A DNA stretch of 64,000 nucleotides from Lingula anatina (lineage: Eukaryota > Animalia > Brachiopoda). Position 1 is the first letter of the stretch, and the number at the start of each line of letters is the position of its first letter. Of the stretch, positions 10,630 through 21,816 are shown piece after piece. Under the pieces are notes generated by a model. The model was given only the letters and a program-made list of their open reading frames with translations. It did no database searches and was not told where the DNA came from. Location: assembly GCA_051362555.1 (NCBI GenBank), contig CM120644.1:16762534-16826533 (forward strand), in the 5' to 3' direction. The position numbers and the translations under genes were made by a program.

Positions 10630-11949
10630 CACACTTCTATTGGCCGGAAGGTGTTCAAGAAAACCGATTGTGTTTGCTGAGACAATGACATCAACAGCAA
10701 TAACGGGGAATTCTCATAAAAATTCCTCTCGTCATTTCTATTTAAATATAAACAAAGAGTCGCATTTGTACGTACTGGCCAACTGCAACAGGTAAGGTGA
10801 TGATACTTAACGAAATTCTGTCGAAACATGCTTATCACATTAATGAGATAGAGATACATTCAAAACACAGAGAGAGAGAGAGAGAGCGGCCAAAAGGCTA
10901 GAGAATTTTCGGTTTTGTCTCGTTTCTCTCGGTGTAATAAATTTGTTTGAAAGGAGGTACTTTGATCGCAAGCTGAAAGGGGGGTGCTGGGCCCACTTAA
11001 GGCCAAGTGTTCCACCGTACAGCACTGTATATAAAATGTATTTTAATGGAATCACATGTTATCAATGTGTTCATTTAGTCATAGGCATGTGTTCTTAACA
11101 TATGAATAACAAATAGCACATCAACATATCAAGTTTAGTAACACTATAGGTGTATGATCCATTGGACAATAAACGACCTTCAACTTGATGTTGATGTTTG
11201 CGTTAGTTGAGAAAAAGGACGTCAATAACAACAAAGGGGAATTCCCCTCGACATTTCTAATAATAGCGAGTCGCCATTTGTACGAGGCGTTTAAAATCGG
11301 TAAGTTAATGATATTTTTACAAATTTCTATAGTAAGATATGTCAACCACATCAAAGTGAACAAGAGACAATTAAGTAGGTATACTGGAATATCAGTGTGT
11401 TGTTAACATCTGGGTAAAAGTTCGTCGCAAGACATCATAAAGATTGGAAGTGTTTGCCCTTTTTGATCGAACTCGGAAATTTGGCGTTACTTTCTGTTTG
11501 CAGGTAAATATGTTATGAAAACTAAGATATAAGAGCATTAAGAATAAAATAAGGTATGAATGAAGAAGTTAAAGGGGCGGTCACAATAATAAGACCAAGA
11601 GATATACAACTACTAGCATTTGTAGCCTACTTGGGATATCAATGTGTTGTAAACAATGGGGCAATAATCTGTCCTACGTGGCCTACGACATCGTTAAAAT
11701 TCAGAATAATTATGTGAGGTTACAATGTACATTCTGTTTGCACGTGTTCATATGGGAAAGTGCTCAGGTTGAAAACTGAAGCTACATGTACAATGTTATA
11801 AGACAAATAATAAAATGATTGGAATAACACGTAGCACTGTGTCGATATATATATATATATATATAACCTTTTAAAGAAAAACAACGCTGTATGTATAAGC
11901 TTGGGGTTTATTATTTTGTACACTGGTACATGTATGACACATACGCACG

Positions 11950-11994
<45 letters not shown>

Positions 11995-12700
11995 GAAAAC
12001 ACACACACATATAAATAGGCCAAAAGGTACATGTAAGGAATCTTTTTGGCTTTGTCTCGTTTCGCTCGGTGTATTATTATTTGGCAGGGGGAAGGAGGGG
12101 GTACCTCGCAAGCCGAATAGGGGCCCGGGGGAGGGCCCTGTGTCCTATGACCCGACAATGCATATTTTGTTATCAATAGGTTCAATTTGTCATAGGCCTG
12201 TGTTCTTGGCGGGTGTATATCAAGTATCAAATAAAGACTTCAACACCAGGGACTCATTATCCATGTGACAATAAAATTCTTTCAACTGGATGTGTGTGTT
12301 TGTTGAGAAAATGTCGCCAATAGCAATAATGGGGAATTCCCTTCGTCATTCCCAATAATAATAGAGAGTCGCCATTTGCACAGGGCGGTTTCAATAGGTA
12401 AGTAGCCTAACTTAGTTACTGGTATTTTGACGAAATTCTGAAGTAACACGTCAACCACATAAATGTGAACAAGAGACATTCAAGTAGTTATACTTGAGCT
12501 ATTAGTGTGAATAGAAATTCATGGCAAGGTATCGTAAAATTGAAAGTGATCAAAGTGGGAAATTTGGTTTTGCTTTCTATTTGCACATAATTGTATTTTA
12601 TGTAAAGGTATTAAAATTACTTATATTTAATAGTTGCATTAAGTTTAATTCGTGATGTGAAGGAAAACGTTTAAAGGGACGGTCTTAATACAATGATCCA
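10630..12700 (+). promoter_or_regulatory. Three duplicated modules, each with an NF-kB-type site, a short putative non-coding exon and a splice donor
   Basis: GGGGAATTCTC 10705-10715, GGGGAATTCCCC 11236-11247 and GGGGAATTCCC 12331-12341. Each is followed by GAGTCG(C)CATTTG and a GTAAG donor (10792, 11300, 12398). Flanking sequence is homologous between the units. Confidence 0.55.
11954..11991. repeat. (CA)n microsatellite
   Basis: Direct reading. Confidence 0.95.
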
Positions 12701-13254
12701 AAGAGGGATGAAATCATGGAGTTCACAGTAGCCTAGGCTCAATTGCAAAGGTATTTTTACATCCCGACCACCTCCCCCTTCCATTTCTGAAAGAAATCAC
12801 ACCAATGTTCCCCTCATGAAATAAGAATTTTGACTAGCTGAACCGTTCGCCCTCTAAAATATCGATTTTTTTTTTTTTTTTTTTTTTTTTTTGGGGGGGG
12901 GCCTTCAGAGGGCTTGAACCCCACACCAAGGGGGGGGGGTCTGCTTCGCATCACCCGCCCGCCCCCCCCCCCCCCCTTTCAAATAATCCTATTTCCGCCA
13001 TTGGTATATGCATTACTACATACTAAGATCTAATATACCATTTATTAGATCTTAGCTACATATGAGACGGCATGTTCCTATATTTGTACTCCTCTACTAT
13101 AATCTGCGTACGTATATTGTTTTGTTAAAACCTAAGAGGAATATCACTTCACAACAAACTTTGACAAAGGAACACATTAGTGTCCGCATATAGATCACAC
13201 GTGTTTATTTGCAGACACACGCCTACGTACAAGCACACTCCCACCAAACACGCA

Positions 13255-13292
<38 letters not shown>

Positions 13293-13856
13293 GAGGAGCA
13301 ATAGGCTACATGTAAACGCCACCTATTTGGTTTGATTAACTTTTAGATATCTTTTAAAGCTCTATCTTTTCAGTTTATTATTTTAAAATGTTTATTAAAT
13401 GTCCATCAAACAAAATAATTTCACTGGCTGACCCAAGTATTTGTAGGTGGAGGGGGATAGAGGAAAGCACAAGGATAAGAAATTAGTCAGGCTTCCCTTT
13501 CAGATAAAGACAATTTTACTGCCATGGTAACAGGTCTGGAGAAGTGACTTGGTTTTGGCTTTTTTTTTTTTTTTTTTTTTGTTATACTGTGGTTTGGAGA
13601 GTGAGAAGGGGGGTAAGGGGATATCTCAGGGGTTAACTAAGGGGAACATACGTGTCTTCTGTGCCCGCCCCTGGTTTCAAGGTATCCATATTCAGATCCA
13701 CTTGACAAAAATGCGTTTCAAACCTTCCACACTACTCTGGTCTTCCCCTTGTATTTGGCACAGGTATACCGTGGGTCTGTCCATGTTCAGTCGGTAGATA
13801 TGGTAAAACTGGTATTTTTATTGATGTCTTGTCTTGTTATTTCAGAAATACCGTTC

Positions 13857-16800
13857 ATGGTACAGCAACCAGCCAGTATGGCTGACAGCAGGCTTCTACA
13901 GGCTGCAAAGAATGGAGATATACAGAGTTTACAGGAACTGCTGACTGCCGGGGAGTGCAACATCAATGTTCAGGGCAAGGTGACAACATTAATCACTTAA
14001 GTCTTTAGTCACGTCTTTGTCGAGCTATTTAGTATTATTGTAACGGTACACATTTATGTGATTGAAGCAAACGGCCTTTAAAAAATTGGGCTCATTCTCT
14101 TAGTAACTACCTTAGGCCTACCCCTTTCTACTCTCCTAAGTTATACTCCACGGCGTTTATGATATAAATATAACAATAGCTACATATACGGAAAGGGCCA
14201 GATATCGATGTATTGCCAGCAAGAAACACATACCGAGTACGTTTCAGTTTTTTTTTTATATATACACCACATTCAGATGAATTGTTTAGTATTTGGTTTC
14301 GTTCACCGATATGCTTTGGTCTTGGCATTTTTCAATTTTATAAGTTGTTTCCACCCAAACTACTATTGATTTATCATGTTCACGGCGATTCAAGGCTTAT
14401 ACACATCTACAAAGGATTGTGGCGAAGTCTTTAACCAAAATTGTACTAAATTACATTTATCTATACCACAAATTTCATACTAAAGATATTTACCAAATTT
14501 CTGATCACGTATCCTCTTAAAACGTGGCCATTGCTGCGCAGTACGCCCTCTGGGCGGATTTTCATTTGCAAGCGTCATCTGGCTCTAATCTTTACAAATC
14601 GAACATGTCAGTTGCACGTACGCGGTACAGATTATCTCAATATTTCTTTTTTATAATGAGAAAAGTACAAATCACTAACTCAAAGATTTAGTGGGATCAG
14701 ACACATGTATTTTCCAAGTAGAGACATTCCTGTCCTACTTCCTCGCGAAGTTATAAATCACGATTTACATATTCTGCCTAGCGATCTTTCTTTTCAGTTA
14801 TCACTAATTTCTGAAAGCATTTATCGAATCACATTGTTTATACATATCACAGTGCGAATTTCTGCTGATCGGTTTTCCCTTCAAACTGATAATTTTAAAC
14901 CCTTCATGGAAATAAGCATGATTCTGCAACATGAATTATCTGTTTACTCACATTGTTTGTCTATATTCTCAGGATGGCCAGACACCACTTCACCTGTCTG
15001 CCTTCCACGGCCACACACAATGTGTCCAGCTTCTCCTCCAACACGGGGCAGATACCAGTGTACAAGTTAAGGTGAGTGTAGAATATGTTATGCATAGCAA
15101 TATCGCTACACCTGCGTACAACTACATGTCTTTTTCAAAGTTCATTAGAAGTTATTAAACACGGTTTTCATATTCTGCTTAGCGATCTTTCTTTTCAGTT
15201 ATCACTAATTTCTTAAAGCATGTATCGAATCACATTGTTTATACATATCATATTGCAAATTTCTGCTGATCGTTTTTTTCTTTCAAACTGATAATTTTAA
15301 ACTCTACATGGAAATAAGCGTGATTCTGTACCATGAATCATCTGTTTACTCACATTGTTTGTCTATTTTCTCAGTATGGGTGGACATCACTTTACTTGGC
15401 TGCCCAAGAGGGCCACACACAATGTGTCCAGCTTCTCCTCCAACACGGGGCAGATATCAGTATACTTAATACGGTGAGTGTAGAATATTCCAAGCATAGC
15501 AATATTGCTACCCTTGCCTACAACTACATGTCTTTTCCAAAGTTCATTAGAAGTTATTAAACACGGTTTACATATTCTGCTCAGCGATCTTTCTTTTCAC
15601 TTATCACTAATTTCTTAAAGCGTGTATCGAATAACATTGTTTATACATTTCACAGTGCGAATTTCTGCTGATCGGTTTTTCCTTCCAAACTGATAATTTT
15701 AAACTCCACGTGGAAATAAGCATGATTCTGCAACATGAATTATCTGTTTACTGACATTGTTTGTCCATATTCTCAGAATGGCCAGACACCACTTCACGTG
15801 GCTGCCTACCAGGGCCACACACAATGTCTCCAGCTTCTCCTCCAACACGGGACGGATACCAGTATACAGGATAAGGTGAGTGTAGAATATGCTAAATATA
15901 GCAATAAGGCTACACCTGTTTACAACTGCATGTCTTTTCCAAAGTTAAATAGAAGTTATTAAACACGGTTTACATATTCTGCTCAGCGATCTTTCTTTTC
16001 ACTTATCACTAATTTCTTAAAGCGTGTATCGAATCACATTGTTTATACATATCATATTGCAAATTTCTGCTGATCGGTTTTTCCTTTCAAACTGATAATT
16101 TTAAACTCCACATGGAAATAAGCATGATTCTGTACCATGAATTATCTGTTTACTCCATTGTTTGTCCATTTTCTCAGTATGGGGATACACCACTTCACCT
16201 GGCTGCCCACCGGGGCCACACACAATGTGTCCATTTTCTCCTCCAGCACAAGGCAGATACCAGTGTACAAGCTAAGGTGAGTGTAGAATATGCTAAGCAT
16301 AGCAATATCGCCACACAGGCCCGTAGCCAGGGGGGGGGTCGGGGGGTTCGAAAGAACCGCCCTTTTCCTTGGAAAAGGTCCACTCTGGGTAAATTTGATC
16401 TAGTTACATGAAGTTTTTACAGAAAAAAAGGTCCACTTTTCCAGAAAAAGAACCCCCCTTTTGAAATTGCTGGCTACGGGCCTGCCACACCTGCGTACAA
16501 CTAAATGTACATGTCTTTTCCAAAGTTCATTAGAAGTTATTAAACACGGTTTTCATATTCTGCTCAGCGATCTTTCTTTTCACTTATCACTAATTTCTTA
16601 AAGCGTGTACAGATTCTCTCAATATTTCTTCTTTATAATGTGAAAACTACAAATCACTAACTCAAAGATTTCAGACACATGCATTTTCCAAGTAGAGACA
16701 TCCCTGTCCTACTTCCTCGCGAAGTTATAAATCGATTTACATATTCTGCCTAGCGATCTTTCTTTTCAGTTATCACTAATTTCTGGAAGCATTTATCGAA

Positions 16801-19800
16801 TCACTTTGTTTATACATATCACAGTGCGAATTTCTGCTGATCGGGTTTCCCTTTCAAACTGATAATTTTAAACCCTACATGGAAATAAGCATGATTCTGC
16901 AACATGAATTATCTGTTTACTCACATTGTTTGTCTACATTCTCAGGATGGCAAGACACCACTTCACCTGGCTGTCTACCAAGGCCACACACAATGTGTTC
17001 AGCTTCTCCTCCAACACGGGACGGATACCAGTATACAGGATAAGGTGAGTGTAGAATATGCTAAATATAGCAATAAGGCTACACCTGTTTACAACTGCAT
17101 GTCTTTTCCAAAGTTAAATAGAAGTTTTAGTGCACGGTTTACATATTCTGCTTAGCGATCTTTCTATTCAGTTATACATGTAACTTAATGTCTCAAAGCA
17201 CATATCAAACCACATTTTTATACATTGCACCGATCACAGTGAGGATATCTGCTAAGCGATTTTTTGTTTATAGCTTATAATTTTAAACCCGACACGGAAA
17301 TAAGCATGATTCCTCAACATGATTTATTGTGTTTAATCACACTGTCTGAATTGTCTGTTTACTCTCATCAACTTCCCCGAACGGCAATAAGCATGGTTCT
17401 GCAACATGATCTGTTTTACTCACAGTGTCTGTACATATTCTCAGGAAAGCGTTACACCACTTAACCTGGCTGCCTTGTTAGGCCACACACAATGTGTCCA
17501 GCTTCTCCTCCAGCATGGGGTGGATACCAGTATACAGACTACGGTGAGCGTAGAATATGATAAACATAGCAATATCGCTACACCTGTGTACACCTGCATG
17601 TCTTTTCCAAAGTTAAATAGAAGTTTTAGTGCACGGTTTACATATTCTGCTTAGCGATCTTTCTATTCAGTTATACATGTAACTAAATGTCTCAAAGCAC
17701 ATATCAAACCACATTTTTATACATTCTACAGATCACAGTGAGAATATTTGCTAATCAATTTTTTGTTTATTACTGATAATTTTAAACCCGACATGGCAAT
17801 AAGCATCGTTTCCCAACATAATTTATTGTGTTTAATCACACTGTCTGAATTATCTGTTTACACTCATCAACTTCCCCAAACGGCAATAAGGATGGTTCTA
17901 CAACATGATCTGTTTACTCACAATGTTTGTACATATTCTCAGGAAAGTATTACACCCCTTCACTTTGCTGCCGGCCAGGGCCACACAGAATGTGTCCAGC
18001 TTCTCCTCCAACATGGGGCGGATGCCAGTATACAGGCTACGGTGAGCGTAGAATATGCTAACAAGGCAATATGGCTACACCTGTGTTGAACTGCATGTCT
18101 TTTCCGAAGTTAAATACAAGTTTTACGGCACGGTTTACATATTCTGCTTAGCGACCTTTCTCTTCGGTTATATATGTAACTAATTGTCTCAACGCATGTA
18201 TCAAATCACATTGTTTATACATTGCTCAGATCACATTTAGAATTATGCTTACCAATTTTTAGTTTATTACTAATAATTATAATCCGTCAAGGAAATCGCA
18301 ACATAATTTATTGTGTTTAATCACAATGTCTGAATTGTCTGTTTACTCTCATCAACTTCCCGGAACGGCAATAAGCATGGTTCTGCAACATGATCTGTTT
18401 TACTCACAATGTTTGTACATATTCTCAGGAAAGTACAGGGGGTATTACACCCCTTCACTTTGCTGCCGGGCTCGGCCACACACAATGTGTCCAGCTTCTC
18501 CTCCAACATGGGGCGGATACCAGTATACAGGCTTGGGTGAGTGTAGAATATTCTAACCATGGCGATATGGCTACACCTGTGTACAACTGCATGTCTTTTC
18601 CGAAATTAAATAGCAGTTTTTGTACAAGGTTTATATATTTTGCTGAGATTCTCTCTCTTAATGTATCTAAACAAATCAATCATATCCTTAATATACCATA
18701 GTGAAAACTTTTTGGTAACTGATTTTTATTTATAACTGATTACTTTAAACACCCAGAGATTCTACGGCATGAATTGTCTGTTGTCCATATTCTCAGGAAG
18801 AGTGGACACCACTTCACTGCGCTGCCGAGTGCGGCCACACACAATGTATTCAGCTTCTCCTCCAGCATGGGGCGGATACCAGTATACAGAATAAGGTAAG
18901 TGCTAAACAGCCCATGCACAGAAATATGGCTACACCTTTATAAGAATTCATATTGAGACTGTATTATGGGAAAGCACCATTTCACTAAAATGTACTTAAC
19001 GGCTACATTCCCTCCTCATCCAGTAAGTAATATAAGTCTTGCTATTACAGGAGAGAAAGACACCAAGAATGGTGGCAGAGGACAAAGAACACGCTGCCAT
19101 AGTAGAGCTGTTGAGGCGTTTTGAACTACCAGATATACAGGTATACATGTTGTCAGGAACCACAGTATTGAAAAAGTGTAATTAGTACTTGTAAAACTTT
19201 CATACATGATGTTGTATTTATTCAATCGGAGGAAGCCTTTGTCTGTTAAATCCACACTTGGGAATCCAAGGTGTATAAGTTGTTCAGATAATGCTTCACA
19301 CCTTGCAGTTCAAATTGTAGTGTCCTTTGATCCGAAGCCAGTAATATGTTAGAATTTGATTACAGGGTGTTATTAGGACTGATAAAGTTTAGCATAAAAA
19401 CCTGTAAACTTAAATCTAAGAGCGGGGGCAAGAGGTAGAAGAAGAGATGGGAGAGTAAGATGTAGGGTTATCCTATAAAGGGTATTTTATGTAATGTGGG
19501 ACCCCGGGATGGTCTTAAGGGGGTTCCCCACAATGTAGTTCAGTGTGAACATGGTCAGCGCTTAGCCCTTAAATAGCATTGGGTTATGATATATGATATA
19601 TGAGTTTCGATCAGCAGTTGAAATATTCTTATAGTCGCGTAATTGTTTTAAACTATATAGCAGTATATCTTTTACCACATTGATGTTTATTTGTGGTGTT
19701 GAATCTCACGTGTTACATTAATCAGATGTATTCATTGAAAAGATATCCTTAATTTTTAAATTATATGACCAATTATAGTTAAATATGAAGCCTTAGCCCC

Positions 19801-21816
19801 AGAAGGTAGATGTTAAGTGGCCAATATTCCTAGCTTATAATTGCGCACGTCCTGAGTTCATGGGCGATATTTTAATAACTATTTCATCTTATTATGTACT
19901 AGTTCCTGTAAAATAACTTGATGGATATAATCTTTACAGGGGTATATACAGACCAAGACTTTGGAGCACCTTGCTGAACTATTAGATCCTGCTGAATATT
20001 CCATAATTGACCAGACCAACCTCAGCTCGAACTTCCCTGACGTCTTTCAATTTCAGAAAGTGCAGGAACTGAAAGACTGGGCCATCAAGAACAATTGTAC
20101 TAATATTAGAGACTTAAAGATCGGACTGCAGACTGCAAACCTTCCACGACTATCCAGTGAGTAATTGTCTCGCAAACTTATTATTTGGAGATACTTAATC
20201 ATTAATGGTACCTTAAATACTTGTATTCCATAAGTTCGTTGCACCAGCTTACGGAATTACACGGTAAGATTGGAGGTGAAAATGCTAACACATTTCACGG
20301 TCTATCATTTTGTTTTTACATTTCTGTACGTGTACATCTATTGCTGATGTGGTTTTACTGTACAGACCGATGGAATATTTTGGTCAAGATTTATTTTTTA
20401 AAAATGGCAGTGAGCGTTAGTCTGTCTGTCTGTCTACATGTATGAACGGGCATGTCACTGGATCAAATATCTGCGCATTTGCTTTTATTATTTCCAGAAA
20501 TATTCAATAGTGTGTCGTTATTACATTTTACAAAGCATCTAATGATTCATGGTTGCGCACTACCTATCACATCTATTTCCGCATCTTATGAGTTTCCTAC
20601 TTTAAATTATTCTCCCTCACAGATGCAGCAGGGGACTATTATGCTGGGGTGGTGACGGAAATTTCCAACATGGCCCCTGATGAATTTGAAGCCCTGTGTA
20701 GAACCTTGGTCACTGCTAGGCACATGCACACGTCACGTTCGACAACCACTAACCAACAAGAGGCTAGGTAAGTGCAGTTTTGAATGTGAGAGCTAGTAAT
20801 AGAATTAGCTGGGCTATTTTTATTTATCAAAAGGCGCAAGGGATTTTTGCGACATTTGAAAATATTTACATCAACTGCTTTGTTAATCACAAACACTTAA
20901 TATAATTTTGGTTGCAAAAAACACGGCCCACACCCCCGCACCCTAGCTTGATATATATATATATATACCAGGGTGTGTATATATGCATGTTTGTATACCT
21001 CTAAACATTCTCAGTCACGACTTACTTCACATTCACAGTTTGCCTTTGGATCAATGCCTCTACGACCTGTTCATTGCGTACAGCGGCGAGGATGAAGCCA
21101 CAATAGAACCAGTTCTACACCAGCTGAAAGCACTGGGGGTTAAGATTTGGTACGCCAAAGAAGACCTCGTTCCTGGAACACAAGTGATTACTTCCATTAA
21201 TAAGGCGGTCATTGCATCTAAACATACCTTAGCGTTCCTGACCAAGAACTTTGTTCAAAGTCAGTGGTGTCAACTAGAGCTGCAGTATGCCATGCAAGAA
21301 GCTGTTAAGTCGAAAAGAGATGTCCTCATTCCGGTTGTGATGAATCTGTCACCTGAGGAAATTCCTACCGAAATAGGAGGCTTAAAATACACCCTTTTCG
21401 ATGACGAAGAATTGATCCCAAAGCTTTTACAAGCCATTAAAGGTAGTCTAGGTTTTGACTTTTGTACATAAAATTGCCTAACATTTTATATTTTATATGT
21501 GATAGATTGACAAGTCTTAATTTTGCTATTTTTTGTGTATAGATTATTCATGACAGCGGTGGAAAATACATTATTTTTCATCTCGGTTCACATAAATACA
21601 TGTATATCAGTACACTATGAATTTGTTTTTCACCAAAAATTACACCCAGAGTTGTTTCAGATATACATACATCTTTTTTTTTCAGTTAATATAATATCTT
21701 TCTTTAAAACAGGACCACAAGACACACCCACATTTGGTAAACTTCGAGACGAGAACGAGGTTTTACGAGATGAGGTGCGACTGCTGTCATCTAAACTTCG
21801 TCTCCAGAGCCAATGA
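13857..21816 (+). CDS. Ankyrin-repeat / death-domain-like / TIR-domain protein (~660 aa, 15 coding exons)
   Basis: GT-AG exons joining in one frame: 13857-13979, 14973-15071, 15375-15473, 15777-15875, 16178-16276, 16946-17044, 17445-17543, 17943-18041, 18429-18536, 18797-18895, 19051-19140, 19940-20156, 20623-20767, 21039-21442, 21713-21816 (total 1983 nt including stop). Ankyrin consensus G.TPLH.AA..GH..CVQLLLQHGAD; TIR box YDLFIAYS and SQWCQLEL. The death-fold call for 19940-20156 is tentative. The start could instead be ATG 13878. Confidence 0.88.
14625..18900 (+). repeat. Tandem exon-intron array (nine units, period ~402 bp then ~490-500 bp)
   Basis: Exon starts are spaced 402, 402, 401 bp and later 499, 498, 486 bp. 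Intron sequence such as CATATTCTGC..AGCGATCTTTC and GTGAGTGTAGAATA is repeated in the units. Confidence 0.95.
16316..16484 (+). mobile_element. MITE family A, copy 2 (inside an ankyrin-array intron)
   Basis: Perfect TIRs CAGGCCCGTAGCCAG / CTGGCTACGGGCCTG with CCACA duplicated at 16311-16315 and 16485-16489. Sister introns show the empty site (ATATCGCTACACCTG). Confidence 0.95.

Noticed and set aside
14900-18900. CRISPR-like or satellite interpretation of the regular repeats
   Set aside because: Units are 400-500 bp with GT-AG-bounded in-frame ankyrin exons; there is no short repeat/unique spacer structure and no cas genes.
20983-21471. Stand-alone bacterial-type TIR gene (Thoeris-like or contamination)
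   Set aside because: The TIR is bounded by splice sites whose phases match the flanking exons, in clearly eukaryotic sequence.
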